A stretch of DNA of 64,000 nt from Nemertoderma westbladi (GCA_032718475.1 JAUCBJ010008224.1:1-64000), one strand, 5' to 3'; shown: positions 20,538 to 34,290, counted from the stretch's first letter. A program made the numbers and translations. Notes: a model not told the origin generated them from the letters alone.

Positions 20538-20755
20538 CTAAGCATTGGAATGTTTTGGAGCACACAGGCAGACTCCTAGCTTTCCCCGAGACGGTGCGTC
20601 GAGACATTCAGACAATAAACGCCATGTCGTCATTGTCGGTTATGTCCGTTACGACGCCGGTAGAAGGAACAACTACGAGCGGACTGTCTGATTCGATGGT
20701 TGACACCCCAACCCCGGAAGATTTAAAACCAATCTCAACCACAACAAACTCCTGA
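20538..20755 (+). other. Possible Ser/Thr-rich terminal coding exon of a host gene
   Basis: T-rich acceptor TTTGTTGTTGCAG at ~20525-20537 followed by a GC-richer open frame ending in TGA. No recognisable domain. Confidence 0.25.
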
Positions 20756-20781
20756 TGATAAATCTGTCTGTCCGCCAATAG

Positions 20782-21824
20782 TAGGGTTGGTGCGCGAAAA
20801 TATTGTTGGCCTAGAAACAATTGAATAAGGGGTAACAAGATGCCCTGAATCGAGTGGCGGGGTGTTTTTTATTTTAAAAACACGATGAAACAGTCGAAAT
20901 TGCGGGTTTAAGCAAGTAATCACGGCAAGACAATTTTTAAATCGGCTGTGATTGGCTGCTACATATTTTACGTCACTACGCAGTGCTCAGATAAATTCTT
21001 ATATTGGTTTCTATGGAGGGTGATTTTAGTTCCATTAAAATACACATTTATTCTACATCATTTCACATGTGGGTTATATCAATTGAAAGCTCAACTGAAA
21101 ATAGAACTTGAAATATCAATTGAACATTGAAATGTTCATGATCATGAATTTAAGGTCTGTTTATTTAATCTTCATACTGTAATACAGTATTTATAATATT
21201 AATATCTATCTGTCTGTTTTACTTGCACCAGCGCGCCTTCTTATCAAGATTCAACCTTCTTATCAATCGATGAAGCAGACTGAGATTAACGAGGCAGAAT
21301 TTCTTAGAATAATCAAGAAAACTAATCTCTATTAGCGAAAGGAGATTTAAATTTAAAATTGAATGAATTAAGATGAACTTTTTTATAATACGATAGATCA
21401 TAATAATTATAAATACTGTATTACAGTATGAAGATTAAATAAACAGACCTTAAATTCATGATCATGAACATTTCAATGTTCAATTGATATTTCAAGTTCT
21501 ATTTTCAGTTGAGCTTTCAATTGATATAACCCACATGTAACCCACAAATGATGTACAATAAATGTGTATTTTAATGGAACTAAAATCACCCTCCATAGAA
21601 ACCAATATAAGAATTTATCTGAGCACTGCGTAGTGACGTCAAATATGTAGCAGCCAATCACAGCCGGTTTTCAAAATTGGCTTCCCGGGTTTACTTAAAC
21701 CCGCTATTTCGACCGTTTCCTGGTACTTTTACAAAAAACACACCCCTGACACTCAATTCAGGGCACCTTGTTTCCCCTTATTCGATTGTTTCTAGGCCAA
21801 CAATTTTTTCGCGCACCAACCCTA
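20782..21824. mobile_element. Palindromic MITE with ~420-bp arms, TAGGG...CCCTA termini
   Basis: TAGGGTTGGTGCGCGAAAA ... TTTTCGCGCACCAACCCTA. Mirror ORFs at 20948(+) and 21661(-). Flanked by TAG on both sides (possible 3-bp TSD). Confidence 0.9.
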
Positions 21825-24800
21825 TAGTGCCGGAGATAATTTTAGGAATAAACATTCAATGTCTTTCTACTGTTTATGTTCACATGTTTGGGCGAAATAA
21901 ACTGACCAGGAAATTTGAGGCCCTTATTTGTTTGGTTTAGTTTGTAAAACTCTATTTGTTCCAGCATTTAGCGTTGTTTTTGCGTAATCAAGTAATACAT
22001 TACTTTATATTAAATATTTGTATAAGACTAAAGTGAAATACGTCGTGTGGTATTCTCTCAATAGTTAATACAAAGTCATGTTGTTTTCGTAGATAATTTC
22101 TATAATTATCTTATTACAGTTTAAATGATTTTCCTAATTTATTGATAAGAGAGCTAATCAATGGCAGACTGTAGTGTATCAGACTCAAAGGGTTACAAAA
22201 GAAAACAGTAATTAATTATTGATTTGAGACTGACCAACATACCCTAATAAAGGAGAATTAAATTGATAGAAAGTTCTTTACGTAATGGCATTCCCAAATA
22301 CGGGGGGGGGGGGGGGGGGGGCGCGTATGGAGTCAAAACCCATTTCAACGAATGACGACTTTGTATCGGCGAATTTATGTTAATTATTAATAAAGGGGAA
22401 GGTGTTAACGTTCGTTTATTGTTTTTATTTTATCCACCGGAACCATCAGTGACCTCATATACACACTTTTCCTTTTCTGAGGCGTTGGATACATTTCTAA
22501 TGCTAATACTAACTAATGCTAATAATAACTCTAATTTTTCGGCGTAATATGGCAAATTTTGGTTTGAGGTTACAAGTTTGAGATGAGATAGTTATAACAA
22601 AAAACCACGCGGGGGCCTCCCCCTTAATCCAGGCCTGGTAATCCCAGGCCTAACAGCCGAAGAAAACTTTAATTAACTTTACTTATAATTATATTTGAAT
22701 ATGTGTGGCAGTGCCAGTTGAATGGCAACCAGCCACTGAGCCAACATGTTTTGGGCGCGCCGCGGTGCGTCATGATGTGGTTGTGTACAGTCTTGGTCTG
22801 TAAACTCCCACGCGCCCCATCCCGGTATGTTTAACGCGTTCTTACAAGTGTTTGATTGTTTGTGCGACACCTACCCCCCTTACAAGTGAGGGACAGCATT
22901 GCTAATACAGTAGGTTTAAAGGAACAAGCCACTTCAAATACCTTAAATGGTAGATTATTGAGTACCAGCTTCCTCTGGGAGTATATTTCTGGGGGGACCT
23001 CACTGGAAATAAGTAGACTTTGTGTGTAATCCCCGGACTAACGGCCGAAGAAATTAGAATAATTTTTTTTTACATTCTATTAAGTTAGAATAATACAAAT
23101 ATGGCATAATCCAGACACACTATTGAGTTAGTACCGTTACTTCAATCTAAACTGTAGCAAGGCAAAGCAAAGCATGTTCGTGCATCACAGTACATACTAA
23201 AGAACAACAGATGATCCTTAAAATACTAGTTTCCTATATAAAATACAATTCTTAATTTAAATATGGGTTATTAAAAAATAATTAATCATAATTATGATTA
23301 TTTGATTATTTTGATTATTTGAGAATATAATTTCTCAAACTCAGTATCATTTCTCAAACCTTTTACTAATGATAGTCAACGGAGAATTTCGGTTGGTGAT
23401 GTTAGAGTTGAGAAATCAGAACAACCCAGCCATCTCAAACTAACTCACACTAAACACTGGCGCCACGGTTTGAGTTACATAGGTTGACTTTCAACAGTCC
23501 ATACTCAGCATTCCTGTTAGGTAATTAATTACTCTGGTTGAGTGAGACACCACATGGAAGGCAAGGGGCCTCTGTGCTCTGTCTGCTGCTTGGGCTCTGA
23601 GTTAATGGGCTGAATTACATAAGCTGGGCAGGCCCGGTTTGTAGGTGTGGTTCATAGAAGACATGTCAATCAATTCGTTCCTTATTTGTGGGAGCCACTA
23701 CTGGCATTGTTTAAACGTGCCTGTGTAGAGAAGGTTTGAATAAGTAATTTCATGAATTTTGTTGCGGTGCACCACCCCAACAAATAAAGTCACATCTGTG
23801 CGAGACTCAGTCTCCCTGCCTTTGGATATATATTGCATAGCCTACAAGAGGCCATGCCTTTGACTGTCTGACTCTTGTTATTAACCTACTGGTACCGGTG
23901 CCCACTGTACCTACAGTATATCACATACCTGTCCGCATGTCGCCATCGTGCAATAAGTACTGCTGTATGTTGTTTATTCAGTCTTGCTGTATTGACGTTA
24001 CAGCGTTATGTACCTGTAACAACTGCTGTTACATATAACTACAACTGATCTACATATATTTTATTATTATATACTGTATGTTCGGGTCCGTGATAGTTGG
24101 AGTTTACCTTGGAGTTCATCCGTGGTGGCACGGATGAGGGAGGGGGTAAGAAAAGGGGGAAGGATCTAAAAATAGCACCTAATAGGAAGCTTCTAGCTTC
24201 TTGCATTGCTACGGCTACCGGTACCTTGCTTGGCCTCTAGGCTGGCATAACCCTTATTTTCGCATGCAAATAAAAACGCGTTTTTGTGCAGTGATGTTAT
24301 ACGATATTATAATTAAACTAACTGCACTAACTATCTCACATTTATTTAATAATATATGGTAAAAAAAAGCAACCAACCTAGTAATTACAATAATTTACAA
24401 TAGTTATCGAATGTTCTAGGATGTAAATACTTAGTGTTGCTGCGCGATTAATGTAGTCGCAGTGCTACTAACAATAATCCTATCGGCTGACCTGGACAAT
24501 AAACTATTACCGCCAGGGTTTATGCAGTGGCTCTAATATACAGTCAGTATGGCAACAAATCAATGGGGAGTTTGAGAAATTGAAAAAGATGCTTGTATTA
24601 ATATCAAGACTTAGGTTTCGTACTGGCGAATAACGCATTCCTATTCCCAAAATTGCTAACAATCAATCTCTCCCTCAGAGAGAATTCCTGCAATAACCTG
24701 CTCCCTCTAGTACAGAGAAGAGACAGAGTCTACAAGGGTCCCGGCAGCCTACGTAATGCAGACGGCTTTAGAAGGAAGGAGATAGTCGAAAGATTGCAGT

Positions 24801-25459
24801 TTTTTTTGGAAGGAAATTTATTCAGAGTTGCTCAGGTCGTTATTATTTATATAATTTATAATATTATATTCAAAATTATACCGTAAACGATATACTAATT
24901 ACTAATATTCAATATGTAGGATTGATTGCCCTATTCTAGCCGTAAGAATACAAAAGTCTCTCCCGCTGTATTTCAGAATAATGAGCCCAGCTGTCGAGCT
25001 GACTATTGTATTTAAAAAAAAACTATCAATTAATCTATATAGTTGGCGATAATTGTTACTGTAGGTCAATAATACAGTATAGCCACGGCATTTATTGGCT
25101 TTCCATTATGCGGACAGATATGCCACCTAACATACTTCTAGATTGAGATTACAATACAATGCACAACTTAATTAACTCACACCACCAATAATCAACTTAC
25201 AATAATTAAATAAACCTATTAGTAAGTATAGTTACAATCTCTCGATAAATCGAATCACATATTAAATAAGCATAAAACTCAACTGAACTGAAATATAATT
25301 CTTCGTTTACAAATAAATATGAATATAGCACAATAAAGAAAAGGTCGGGATGATTATTGCCACGCGCAGCGGCGCCAACACTTAGCATTATTTTATAGGA
25401 AACGATTATCAAAAAACGTTATAGTTCTAGATTCTTGTAAAAAAAAAAAGGGTAGAGGA

Positions 25460-26560
25460 GGTTGGGTGCGGTTAAGTAGACGTGCTTAGTTTGGTGTGTG
25501 GGTGCGTTAAAGTAGACGTGCTGAGGTGTGTGGGTGGGAGCGGGTAAGTAGACGTGCTTAAGTAGGTGGGTGTGTGTGGGTAAGTATACGTGCTTAGGTG
25601 GGTGGGTGCGGTGAAGTAGACGTGCTTGGGTGGGTGCGGTTAAGTAGGTGTGCTTAGGTGGGTGGGTGGGTGTGGTTAAGTCGACGTGCTTAGGTGGGTG
25701 CGGTTAACTAGGTGTGCTTAGTTAGGTGGGTGGGTGCGGGTAACTATACGTGCTTATGTGGGTGGGAGCGGTTAAGTAGACGTGTTTAGGTGTGTGGGTG
25801 GGAGCGGATAAGTAAACGAGCTTAAGTAGGTGGGTGGGTGCGGTTAAGTAGACGTGCTTAGGTGGGTGGGTGCGGTTAAGTAGACGTGCTTGGGTGGGTG
25901 GGTGGGTGCTGTTAAGTAGGTGTGCTTAGGTGGGTGGGTGGGTGTGGTTAATTAGACATGCTTAGGTGGGTGCGGTTAACTAGGTGTGCTTAGTTAGGTG
26001 GGTGGGTGCGGGTAAGTATACGTGATTAGGTGGGTGGGAGCGGTTAAGTAGACGTGTTTAGGTGTGTGGGTGGGAGCGGGTAAGTAAACGTGCTTAAGTA
26101 GGTGGGTGGGTGCGGTTAGGTAGACGTGCTTAGGTGGGTGGGTGCGGTTAAGTAGACGTGCTTGGGTGGGTGGGTGGGTGCGGTTAAGTAGGTGTGCTTA
26201 GGTGGGTGGGTGGGTGTGGTTAATTAGACATGCTTAGGTGGGTGCGGTTAACTAGGTGTGCTTAGTTAGGTGGGTGGGTGCGGGAAAGTATACGTGCTTA
26301 GGTGGGTTGGGTGGGTGGGTGCGGTTAAGTAGACGTGTTTAGGTGTGTGGGTGGGAGTGGGTAAGTAAACGTGCTTAAGTAGGTGGGTGGGTGCGGGTAA
26401 GTAGACGTGCTTATGTGGGTGGGTGCGGTTAAGTAGACGTGCTTGGGTGAGTGCGGTTAAGTAGACGTGCTTAGGAGGGTGGGTGGGTGGGTGCGGTTAA
26501 GTAGGTGTGCTTAGGCGGGTGGGTGGGTGCAGTTAAGTCGTGCTTAGGTGGGTGGGAGGA
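25460..26560 (+). repeat. GT-rich minisatellite (~28-36 bp variable unit, GGGTGGGTGCGGTTAAGTAGACGTGCTTAGGT)
   Basis: Directly visible, with an apparent ~270-bp higher-order block repetition. Confidence 0.95.
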
Positions 26561-27759
26561 TACGTGTAAGTAGGTTATGTAGGAATGGGTATGTATGGAT
26601 GGTTAAGTACAGTAGGTGTGTAATGATAGGTGGGTGGGTGGGGGTGAGTTTAGCACCTATTCAGTAGTATTACCACTTCTCAATAAGGTAGATAGATAGC
26701 TGTATGTTTACAGTATAGAACGGTCGTAAAATAAAGGCGTCCCATTGGATGCTATTTATAGATCCATACCCCTTTTCTTTCCCCCTCTTCCCCCTTTTCT
26801 TACGCGCTCTTACCCCCAGCACAGAGAAGATCTTCCCCCAGCTCGCGCGCAGCAAACTGCCTGTATTTCTCTGTGGAAAGTGAACGCCGAGTGCTAAGTC
26901 ACCCGCACTGTCACGTGTCATGTCATGAAAATGACACTATGAGGGCGGAAGTTTAATTATTCTTTAATGTTTTATTATTATTTCATAATCACATACAATC
27001 TGACAATTCCACATACAAGTACACATTCAGACATTACGCATTACTTTAAACTGTTGTAGTACCGGTCAGACGGTACTTTATACAGTTAGCTTCAGAGCTT
27101 ATGTCAGCAGGTCAGTGCCCGTCAACCCGTGCCGATACGTACCGCAGCCGGTAGGCCATACTTTCGGTGCAATGTAGCAATGCGGTTTCGGTTTCGGAGA
27201 CCTCCACCTATTCTGCAGTACGGTACCGGTACTGTGTTCAGGCACTGCATATTGGTATTTATAGGGTGCATGTAAAGAGCGGACTGCGGACTGGCGGACT
27301 ACGAACTGCACTGCGGATTGCCAAAATCCGCGCGGTCAATTTGAATTATCGACTTCTAAACTAAGAATCCGCTCTTTGTTGTCTGGACAAATGGCGGACT
27401 GAAGCCGGTAAATTGTGACCTGATTGTCTCAATAATTTACATAGGCTGAAAAGGAACTTAAAGAATGAATCATCCCATTGGCTTTTAAATTTTTACTATT
27501 GTGCAACTCTGTCAGACTGTAATACAGGAAATAATTATCCTATACAGTCTGACAGTACAGCAGTAATTACGTGGACTGTTGATTAAGGGCCTACGCCTAA
27601 TACTGTACTATATAACTGTAAAATCCATAATCAGCATTCTACGGATTTTCAGATTATTTATTTCTGTATTTCAATAAATATATTTATATACTTCAGATTT
27701 ATATACTTCTTTATACACTTCCTGCCTTTAGAGTTTATGTCACAGTTATTTCTGTATTT

Positions 27760-28170
27760 AGGATCCAAAAAGGGCTGCACCTAAAGTTTGTATCTGTAGT
27801 AAGCATCACTCCATTTTGTGAGAGTCACATCACTCCAATTACATGAGCAATAAAATCGGAAAACATAACAATAACTGTCCCCCTGTTTGGATCTTTACAA
27901 ACCCATTTGACATACCAGTACCGATCATTTGAGCCTTCATCAGTCATAAAAGGGTTGGCTACTTCATGAAAATTACCTTTGTCAATTATATTCTCTTTCT
28001 GTCTTTGGAACGTTTTTGGCAATAAATGGCCTGTCGTCCACCCTTACAGCCTGAGACTGTGGAAGGGCAGAAACTTCCTTAGCCACAGCTCAGATTCTGA
28101 AAGTAATTTTAGTGTTTTCGGATTAGTACGATAATAAGGAACTTTGTTATTATGTTTGCTATTTCCGTGT
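27760..28170 (-). pseudogene. MULE transposase remnant
   Basis: HGNSK...PYYRT, YVKWV...IVMFSD and, past a stop, MLTTDTNFRCSPFWI (resembles the D-x-T-F first catalytic motif of MULE transposases). Confidence 0.55.
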
Positions 28171-29300
28171 GAAAGATTAGTGGAGAATGAAAGATTAGAA
28201 CTGAACGTTACACCAAGATCCTTTTCTTCATTGATAGATTCTAGAATGGATTCATTCATGGAATAAGATGACTGCGGATTCTTACGTCCAAGATGAACAA
28301 CTTTACACTTAGCTGGGTTGCTGGGTTGAACTGAAGATGCCAACGATTTTCCCAATCAGCAAGTGAGTCTAAGTCAGCCTGGAGACAATCAATATCAGCA
28401 GAAATGTGGAGTGCCCTATAAATTTTGGTGTCATCAACAAACACCTTGCAAGTGGATGATACAACATCAGGAATGTCATTCACAAATATTAGGAACAAAA
28501 TAGGGGCAGTCACCGTTCCTTGGGGGACACCACTGGAGACCATATGTACGGGAACTACATAGTACACCATTTATACGTACACACTGGGAACGATTAGAGA
28601 GGAAATTGCTGATCCATTGTGCCACACTACCTTGGATTCCATATGCGTTCAACTTTTGGAGAAGCAGCTTGTGGTATACAGTATCAAAGGCACGACGCAA
28701 ATCGAGATATACTACATCGGCTCCAGAGTTGGGTAACTGTGTGGAACGGCGGGACCTTTCTCCATGTTCTGAGTCGGTGAATAGGTTGTTTGATTCGAAA
28801 TGGTTTACCAAAGCATCTCTTCCAAACTTCTCACAAACTTTCGCCAAGATGCATGTGAGGGAGATAGACAGTAGTTTTCCGGATTGTGTCTAGGCAGTTT
28901 CTTAAGTGGAGGATTAATAATGGCAACATGCCAATCATCAGGCACCTCACCCGTTTCAAAGGACATCCTAAATATACTATGACATGGAACAGCAATCACA
29001 GCTGCCAGTTCTTTAAGAACCCTACTATGGAGAAGATCTGGGCCAGCCGACATAGTAGGATTTAGATCACTCAGGGAGTCCAGTACATCATCAACAGAAA
29101 AATGAATATGTTCCAAAGGTTGGAGGTTTGTAGTAATATTTGAGATGTTAGGTCTGTAGTCACATGGAATATTCTGATATTGTTGTCATCGGTGAATACA
29201 TTGGAAAATGTAGCCTATTACTGAATATTTCCGCCATACCAGTTTCTGAACTCACGGATTCACCCTCACTACGCAACGGGCCTACTGGACATCTGGTTTT
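28170..29300 (-). pseudogene. CR1-type non-LTR retrotransposon reverse transcriptase fragment
   Basis: SAGPD..H.RVLKEL, VP.DW..A.I.P..KK, YLDLRRAFDTV.H..LL.KL, SGVPQG, FVDDTK, KCKV.H.G, EKDLGV, with frameshifts. Confidence 0.92.
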
Positions 29301-30274
29301 CCTCTTAGAGTGTGGTTTCATTACAAAGTCAATTTTATTTGGGATCTCCCCACGCCAACGATAAGTTATGAATACGAATACACGTTCCGGATCATTCGGA
29401 TCATATATATCGGATCATTCTTATTTGTCGAGTAAGTATGCCTAAAATTCCGTCATTATCCAATAATTTCGAAATATGAGACTCTGTACATCGGTACACG
29501 CCCATTGCATCAATAGAATAATTTTCCACATTTTCTTTTCCTACTTCATTGGAATCCTAAACAAACGTACAGTTACATAAAACTGTCTCAATCTGGCGTT
29601 TAGCCGTAAAATCACACCTTTATCATCTGCTTTACTAAGTCAACATACTCTTCCCTCGCGATACTAGGACGACAAGGTACTTCATTACCTAGAGTGTGAC
29701 CTATAGCGGTGTTATTATTGTGACAAGACAACAACGAAACTCTAAGTTGCCCAGTGAGAGGACCATCTCCTGTCCCTGTACTACAGGGGTTGTTAACTTC
29801 ACGATTGTTATCACCTGCCGGTAATGGTAGTTCAGGGTCGGGATCATTTAAGACAGTAAAATTTACAGTATAATTATACTGTAGTAATGTTGGAATATTG
29901 TTTCCATCTCTAGTGTCACAATGAAAACATTTAAGCCAATAAGAGGATTCAGGAAAGTTCCCTTTGGGCCTATGTAAATGATTGAGCCAATCAGGTTACA
30001 TTTCTGGCTTCAGTCCGCGGTTTGACCAGACAACAAAAGAGCGGATTCTTACATTATAATGCTATAATTCAAATTGACCGCGCATATTTGGGCTTTTAAT
30101 TGACAATCCGAAGTCCGCAGTCCGCTCTTTACATGCACCCGTATTTATACTGTTACGTAACCTGACAGCCTCACTGTCTGCCCTGCCTTGAGTTCTTCAG
30201 TACTTTACGTGGCTTGTGGGATGTTCTGATGTTTGGTTTATTGTTTTGGTTAGGCTGTTCGGGTTAGTTGGTCA

Positions 30275-30482
30275 GGCCTCAACCATAATTATAACTGCAG
30301 AACTGTCATGTAACCCTACCGGTAACACTAAGTCATAATCTAAGAAATTTGATATTTAGCGGAATTTCTGGTTCTGACATTATTGCCATCTAGGCTTAAT
30401 GGCAATAATGAATAATGTCCGAAATTATGACTTAGGCACTTAGGGTTAGGGTTACATGACAGTTTTAATTAGTGTTGAGGCC
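30275..30482. mobile_element. Small palindromic MITE-like element
   Basis: GGCCTCAAC...GTTGAGGCC ends, inner arms AACTGTCATGTAACCCTA/TAGGGTTACATGACAGTT and CATTATTGCCAT/ATGGCAATAATG. Confidence 0.65.
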
Positions 30483-30995
30483 ACCACTACCGGTACTGTA
30501 ACCAGCGAGTTTCTTACAGTATAAAAATCCTCTTAATCCCCTGAACCCGATTATTACCATATAATTTCTGGCTTAGGCCCTACCTCAGTAGGCCTACTTG
30601 CAATACTTTCTGGTAAACACCAATATGGCTAAAGCTCTTGGAGGAACCGGTCTTGCGATACTTTTACGCGGATTATATTCTTCGCAACAGCAACACCAAT
30701 CGCATTTCAAGGATAAACAGAAGGAACCTGTTCCTGACATCGGTGCAACTTTACATTCTATTGAGAAAACAGGTAGGGCTATGGCTGTAGTGTAGGTCCT
30801 ATGGCAAAGTAAAGTATTGGTAGAGGCACATGTACAGAGGTATGAGGTACAGCGGTGTGAGGCCGAGGTGGGCAGGGGAATTCAGCTGCCACCTGCCAGT
30901 GCCACGTACCGGAGACAGAGACAGTGCTGCAGTGAATTAATCGATTAATGATAATGGACGGCACTCTTGTTTTGCTGACCACTGTGGGCTTTATC

Positions 30996-33249
30996 CAAGG
31001 TGTACTATATGGTGTATATACAAGGCCATGCCATCGAGTTAACTGAGGGCGGTGACTGGGGGGCAAGATTTTCTTAAGTTTTATAACAGAGATTTCATTC
31101 TGTTATTACAATTTATGATTAAAATACGCTTTGGTATGACTGTATTAGTAATTATTGCAAGTAATGCCTCTTGTTAGTTTTCAATTATGGGATAATTTAC
31201 CATTCAGACTGTCATTTTATAAATTACTGTACTGCTGTGTACTGAAATGACAATCCCATGGATGTACTACAGTCAAAAGTGAATAAGCCTACCCAAAAAT
31301 CAGCAATTCTGTAATCGTTGTAATCGTAGCGTTTGTATTCATGAGTTTCTCTATCTTTTAATAATAATATTATTTAAAATGGGGAAAAAGTGCGCTATAC
31401 CGAAATGCCAAGGAAACTATTATGGGGCCTTATTATGGGGCTATTAGTGGACCGGACCGGATCGGACAGTTGGTGAGGTGGAGAGTACTCGGTGTTGAGT
31501 GTTCCGTACAGCCGTATTCCAGTATTCCACCTACCACCGGTGCGTTAAAATCTCGAGAAGTATAATTCACGCCAACTACAGATACTGTTATTTTATTAAA
31601 CATTGGCCGGATGACGTCGCGATTGTAATGGTCCTCCGGGGTAAACCTCGACCAGCTGTACCGCCATCAGTTTGGTCATTCCCTGTGGGCGTCCTCCCAC
31701 TGTCCCAACACTGGAACCGCCGCCTCGACCAACCAGTGGATCGAGTGCTGAGGAGAAGAGATCTCTCACTATAGATCCTTTTGTTGCCTTCTCAGTCTCA
31801 GTTCAGGATTCTCTCGGCACTCGGTTCAGTCGAGGAACTCATAAAAGCAGGTCAAAAATTGTTGGATGTTATTTACAGAGTAGCCTATTCGTTATCCAGT
31901 GATACACCTCATCGAATCCACTCTGCCTCTTAATATACAATATTCGAACCTCATACCTTTGTTTATAATTTCTGTTCACCCTTATTTTACCTTTAAAACC
32001 AACTCAAATGGAGTTGAGGTTAGAATTCTCAGTTTATCTAAGAACTGAGACTTCATTCGCAATTGTTTTTATATAATTTAATTATAACAATTTTATTTGA
32101 TAAATATGAAGTTGCGATTGAGAAATATAATAAAATAATTGAAGAACATCTAAGAACTGAAGAATAGAGTTTTCAAACACAACAAGAAACATCTTTTGGA
32201 TGAAGCCGTTGGTCAGTTAACTACACTTAATAAAACACCTGGACATAAAATAATAATGCGAAACATGGGGCTCTTGGGATGTCGCCAATTTGGAGAGAAA
32301 AAGTATTCGAACGATGACATTATCAGAGCCTTTCGATATTATGATGTCTTAATGATGATTAACGATGATGTCTTAATTTCCTTGTCGTTTAATTCCCTGG
32401 AACCCAAACGTCGCAATAGTATGATTTTAACCGATGACAAAAGTTAAAAGGCAATAAGTCCGCGCCCAGAGAGATTGTGATATGGGGGCGGGGCGGGGGG
32501 GGGGGGGGGGGGTCACACACCTAATTTTCAGGTTTATACGTTTAATTTTCAGGATTGCTACATAATCTATTTAATTAATAAAGAGCCCTTATCAGGGCCA
32601 TTGATGTGTTTTCACGCTGGGGAATATTGGGTCGGCAATCATAATATTTAATAAAGTAATAATATAAAGTTCTTGATAATAAAATAAAATAAGCCTATTG
32701 TAAAAGTATCAGACTGCGCTAATTCTCACCTAATCTCGGCTACACGGCCTCTATTAAAGGTCGACTTGTCTATTACCCATTTAGTGGAACATTATTTAAT
32801 TTTACAATACAATAGGCTTATTAACACAACAATATTGGATATATTTCATAGTCTTATAAAGAACTCAGTTGTAATATAAAGTGATCTGTTGCTACTTAGA
32901 GTAGAGTTTTACATATATTTCATATGAAAACTAACGTGGTGAAGTAAATACGATGATAAAATTAATGCTGCATTTCATAATTGAAAGTAATAATACTTAA
33001 TATTTGGCAATATTTATTGAACACAATAAACTAAAGGCATAGCGGTCCATTATCATAATATTATCATAATTTAAAAATTAACATAAGATACATTACTTAC
33101 AATTACTAATACAGTCATACCAAAGCGTATTTTAATCATAAATTGTAATAACAGAATGAAATCTCTGTTATACAGCTTAAGAAAATCTTGCCCCCCAGTC
33201 ACCGCCCTCAGTTAACTCGATGGCTTGGCCTTGTATATAGTACGCCTTG
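30996..33249 (+). mobile_element. Internally deleted P-superfamily element (second family)
   Basis: ~150-bp TIRs starting CAAGGYGTACTATAT. 8-bp TSD GCTTTATC/GCTCTATC (1 mismatch). Contains THAP transposase remnants. Confidence 0.88.
31379..32345 (+). pseudogene. THAP/P transposase N-terminal pseudogene
   Basis: MGKKCAIPKCQGNY, HWP....P..PPSVW and GEKKYS.DDIIRAFRYY align by eye with the 15205 transposase (HWP...PPSVW, GDKRW...LVRAFEYY). Confidence 0.85.
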
Positions 33250-33356
33250 GCTCTATCACAATCACACTACAGGTGCCACTTTATAAATAGAAAACATGCG
33301 GTCTGACTGTACGGCGTTATTTTACTTGGCTGTCTTTGGTCTTGGTGTGCTTGAGG

Positions 33357-33879
33357 TTATATTTCCTTCTTTTTTTGCATAATTTATGGACGTCCCGAAA
33401 TGAATTTATTGATGTCCCAAAATGAATTTAGGGACGTCCATTAATTAGTCATTAATTACTATTCTGATTGTTTGATAGTTAAAACATCTTTCAGTTTGCG
33501 TGTTTAGCTGTTTAGTGTTAATTTTTACTCTAACTACGGTGAACTTTTGGTAACCATCAAGGGTCTGTTTTTCGTTTCACCATCTCTAGGTCATATTGAA
33601 AACTATAAAAGCTTTTCACTAGAGAATAGTTTGGTCCATAGTCTGACTTCGATGTGTGACTCTTAAGTTTACATTGCTGTAGTGCTATAATAAAAGGGTC
33701 TTTGTTGCTATGCGATGCTACTAGCCAAAGCAGTACTGCTATAGCCACCTATACACCACCCGTGCATTGAGATCCCGTACATGGCTTTAATTTATCCCCT
33801 TCCAGTAACCGGTAATGGATGACTAATTTATGGACCGGACGTCCATAAATTATGCAAGAGAAAAAATACAGAGATATAA
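33357..33879. repeat. Degenerate inverted repeat / MITE-like element
   Basis: TTGCATAATTTATGGACGTCC at ~33375 and GGACGTCCATAAATTATGCAA at ~33837. Confidence 0.6.
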
Positions 33880-34074
33880 TTATGGCAGAATTCTGCCACA
33901 TTATATAAACTTTAATTTAACTTTAAGTACCGGTAGCCACTTAAAGTTATGGTTCTTATATGTATATGCAACCAGCCCCTGGTCACATTTGCTATTCCAG
34001 TAAAATTCCAGTTGCTATTTCTGTGAAAAAAGTTACTTTTATCATTACTGGTCACATGTACTTACAGTCTACCA

Positions 34075-34290
34075 ATGGACCTAATCTTTCGCACCCTAGC
34101 GGTCGACATGGACTATAGAAATCTGTCTGTGTGAATAATTTCTAAACTTTTTATATACTACATGTGTATCAAGTTTGGTTTAATTTCATCAAAGATTGAC
34201 CGCTTTATTAGCTTCAAATATTTACAACGACGACGACAGAACGGGTCCACTAATTATTCCCATACGCTAAGGCTCACCTGGGTGTTTTTT
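34075..34290 (+). mobile_element. Possible Helentron/HINE-type non-autonomous element remnant
   Basis: TGTATCAAGTTTGGTT...(ACG)n microsatellite...GCTCACCTG layout resembles invertebrate Helentron-derived repeats. Recognised by resemblance only. Confidence 0.3.

Larger units (their letters stand above)
27264..30140 (-). mobile_element. Mutator-like (MULE) element, degenerate, with nested LINE
   Basis: TIRs GGGTGCATGTAAAGAGCGGACTGCGGACT.../...AGTCCGCAGTCCGCTCTTTACATGCACCC (~160 bp). Perfect 9-bp TSD GTATTTATA at 27255-27263 and 30141-30149. Confidence 0.9.

Noticed and set aside
20948-21661. Pair of near-identical ORFs on opposite strands
   Set aside because: Mirror images from the MITE inverted arms.
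22620-23060. Repeated CTAAC.GCCGAAGAA motif at ~22650 and ~23038
   Set aside because: Too short to assign; possibly ends of an unrecognised interspersed repeat.
30440-30455. TTAGGG repeats
   Set aside because: Only two units inside a MITE arm; not an interstitial telomere.
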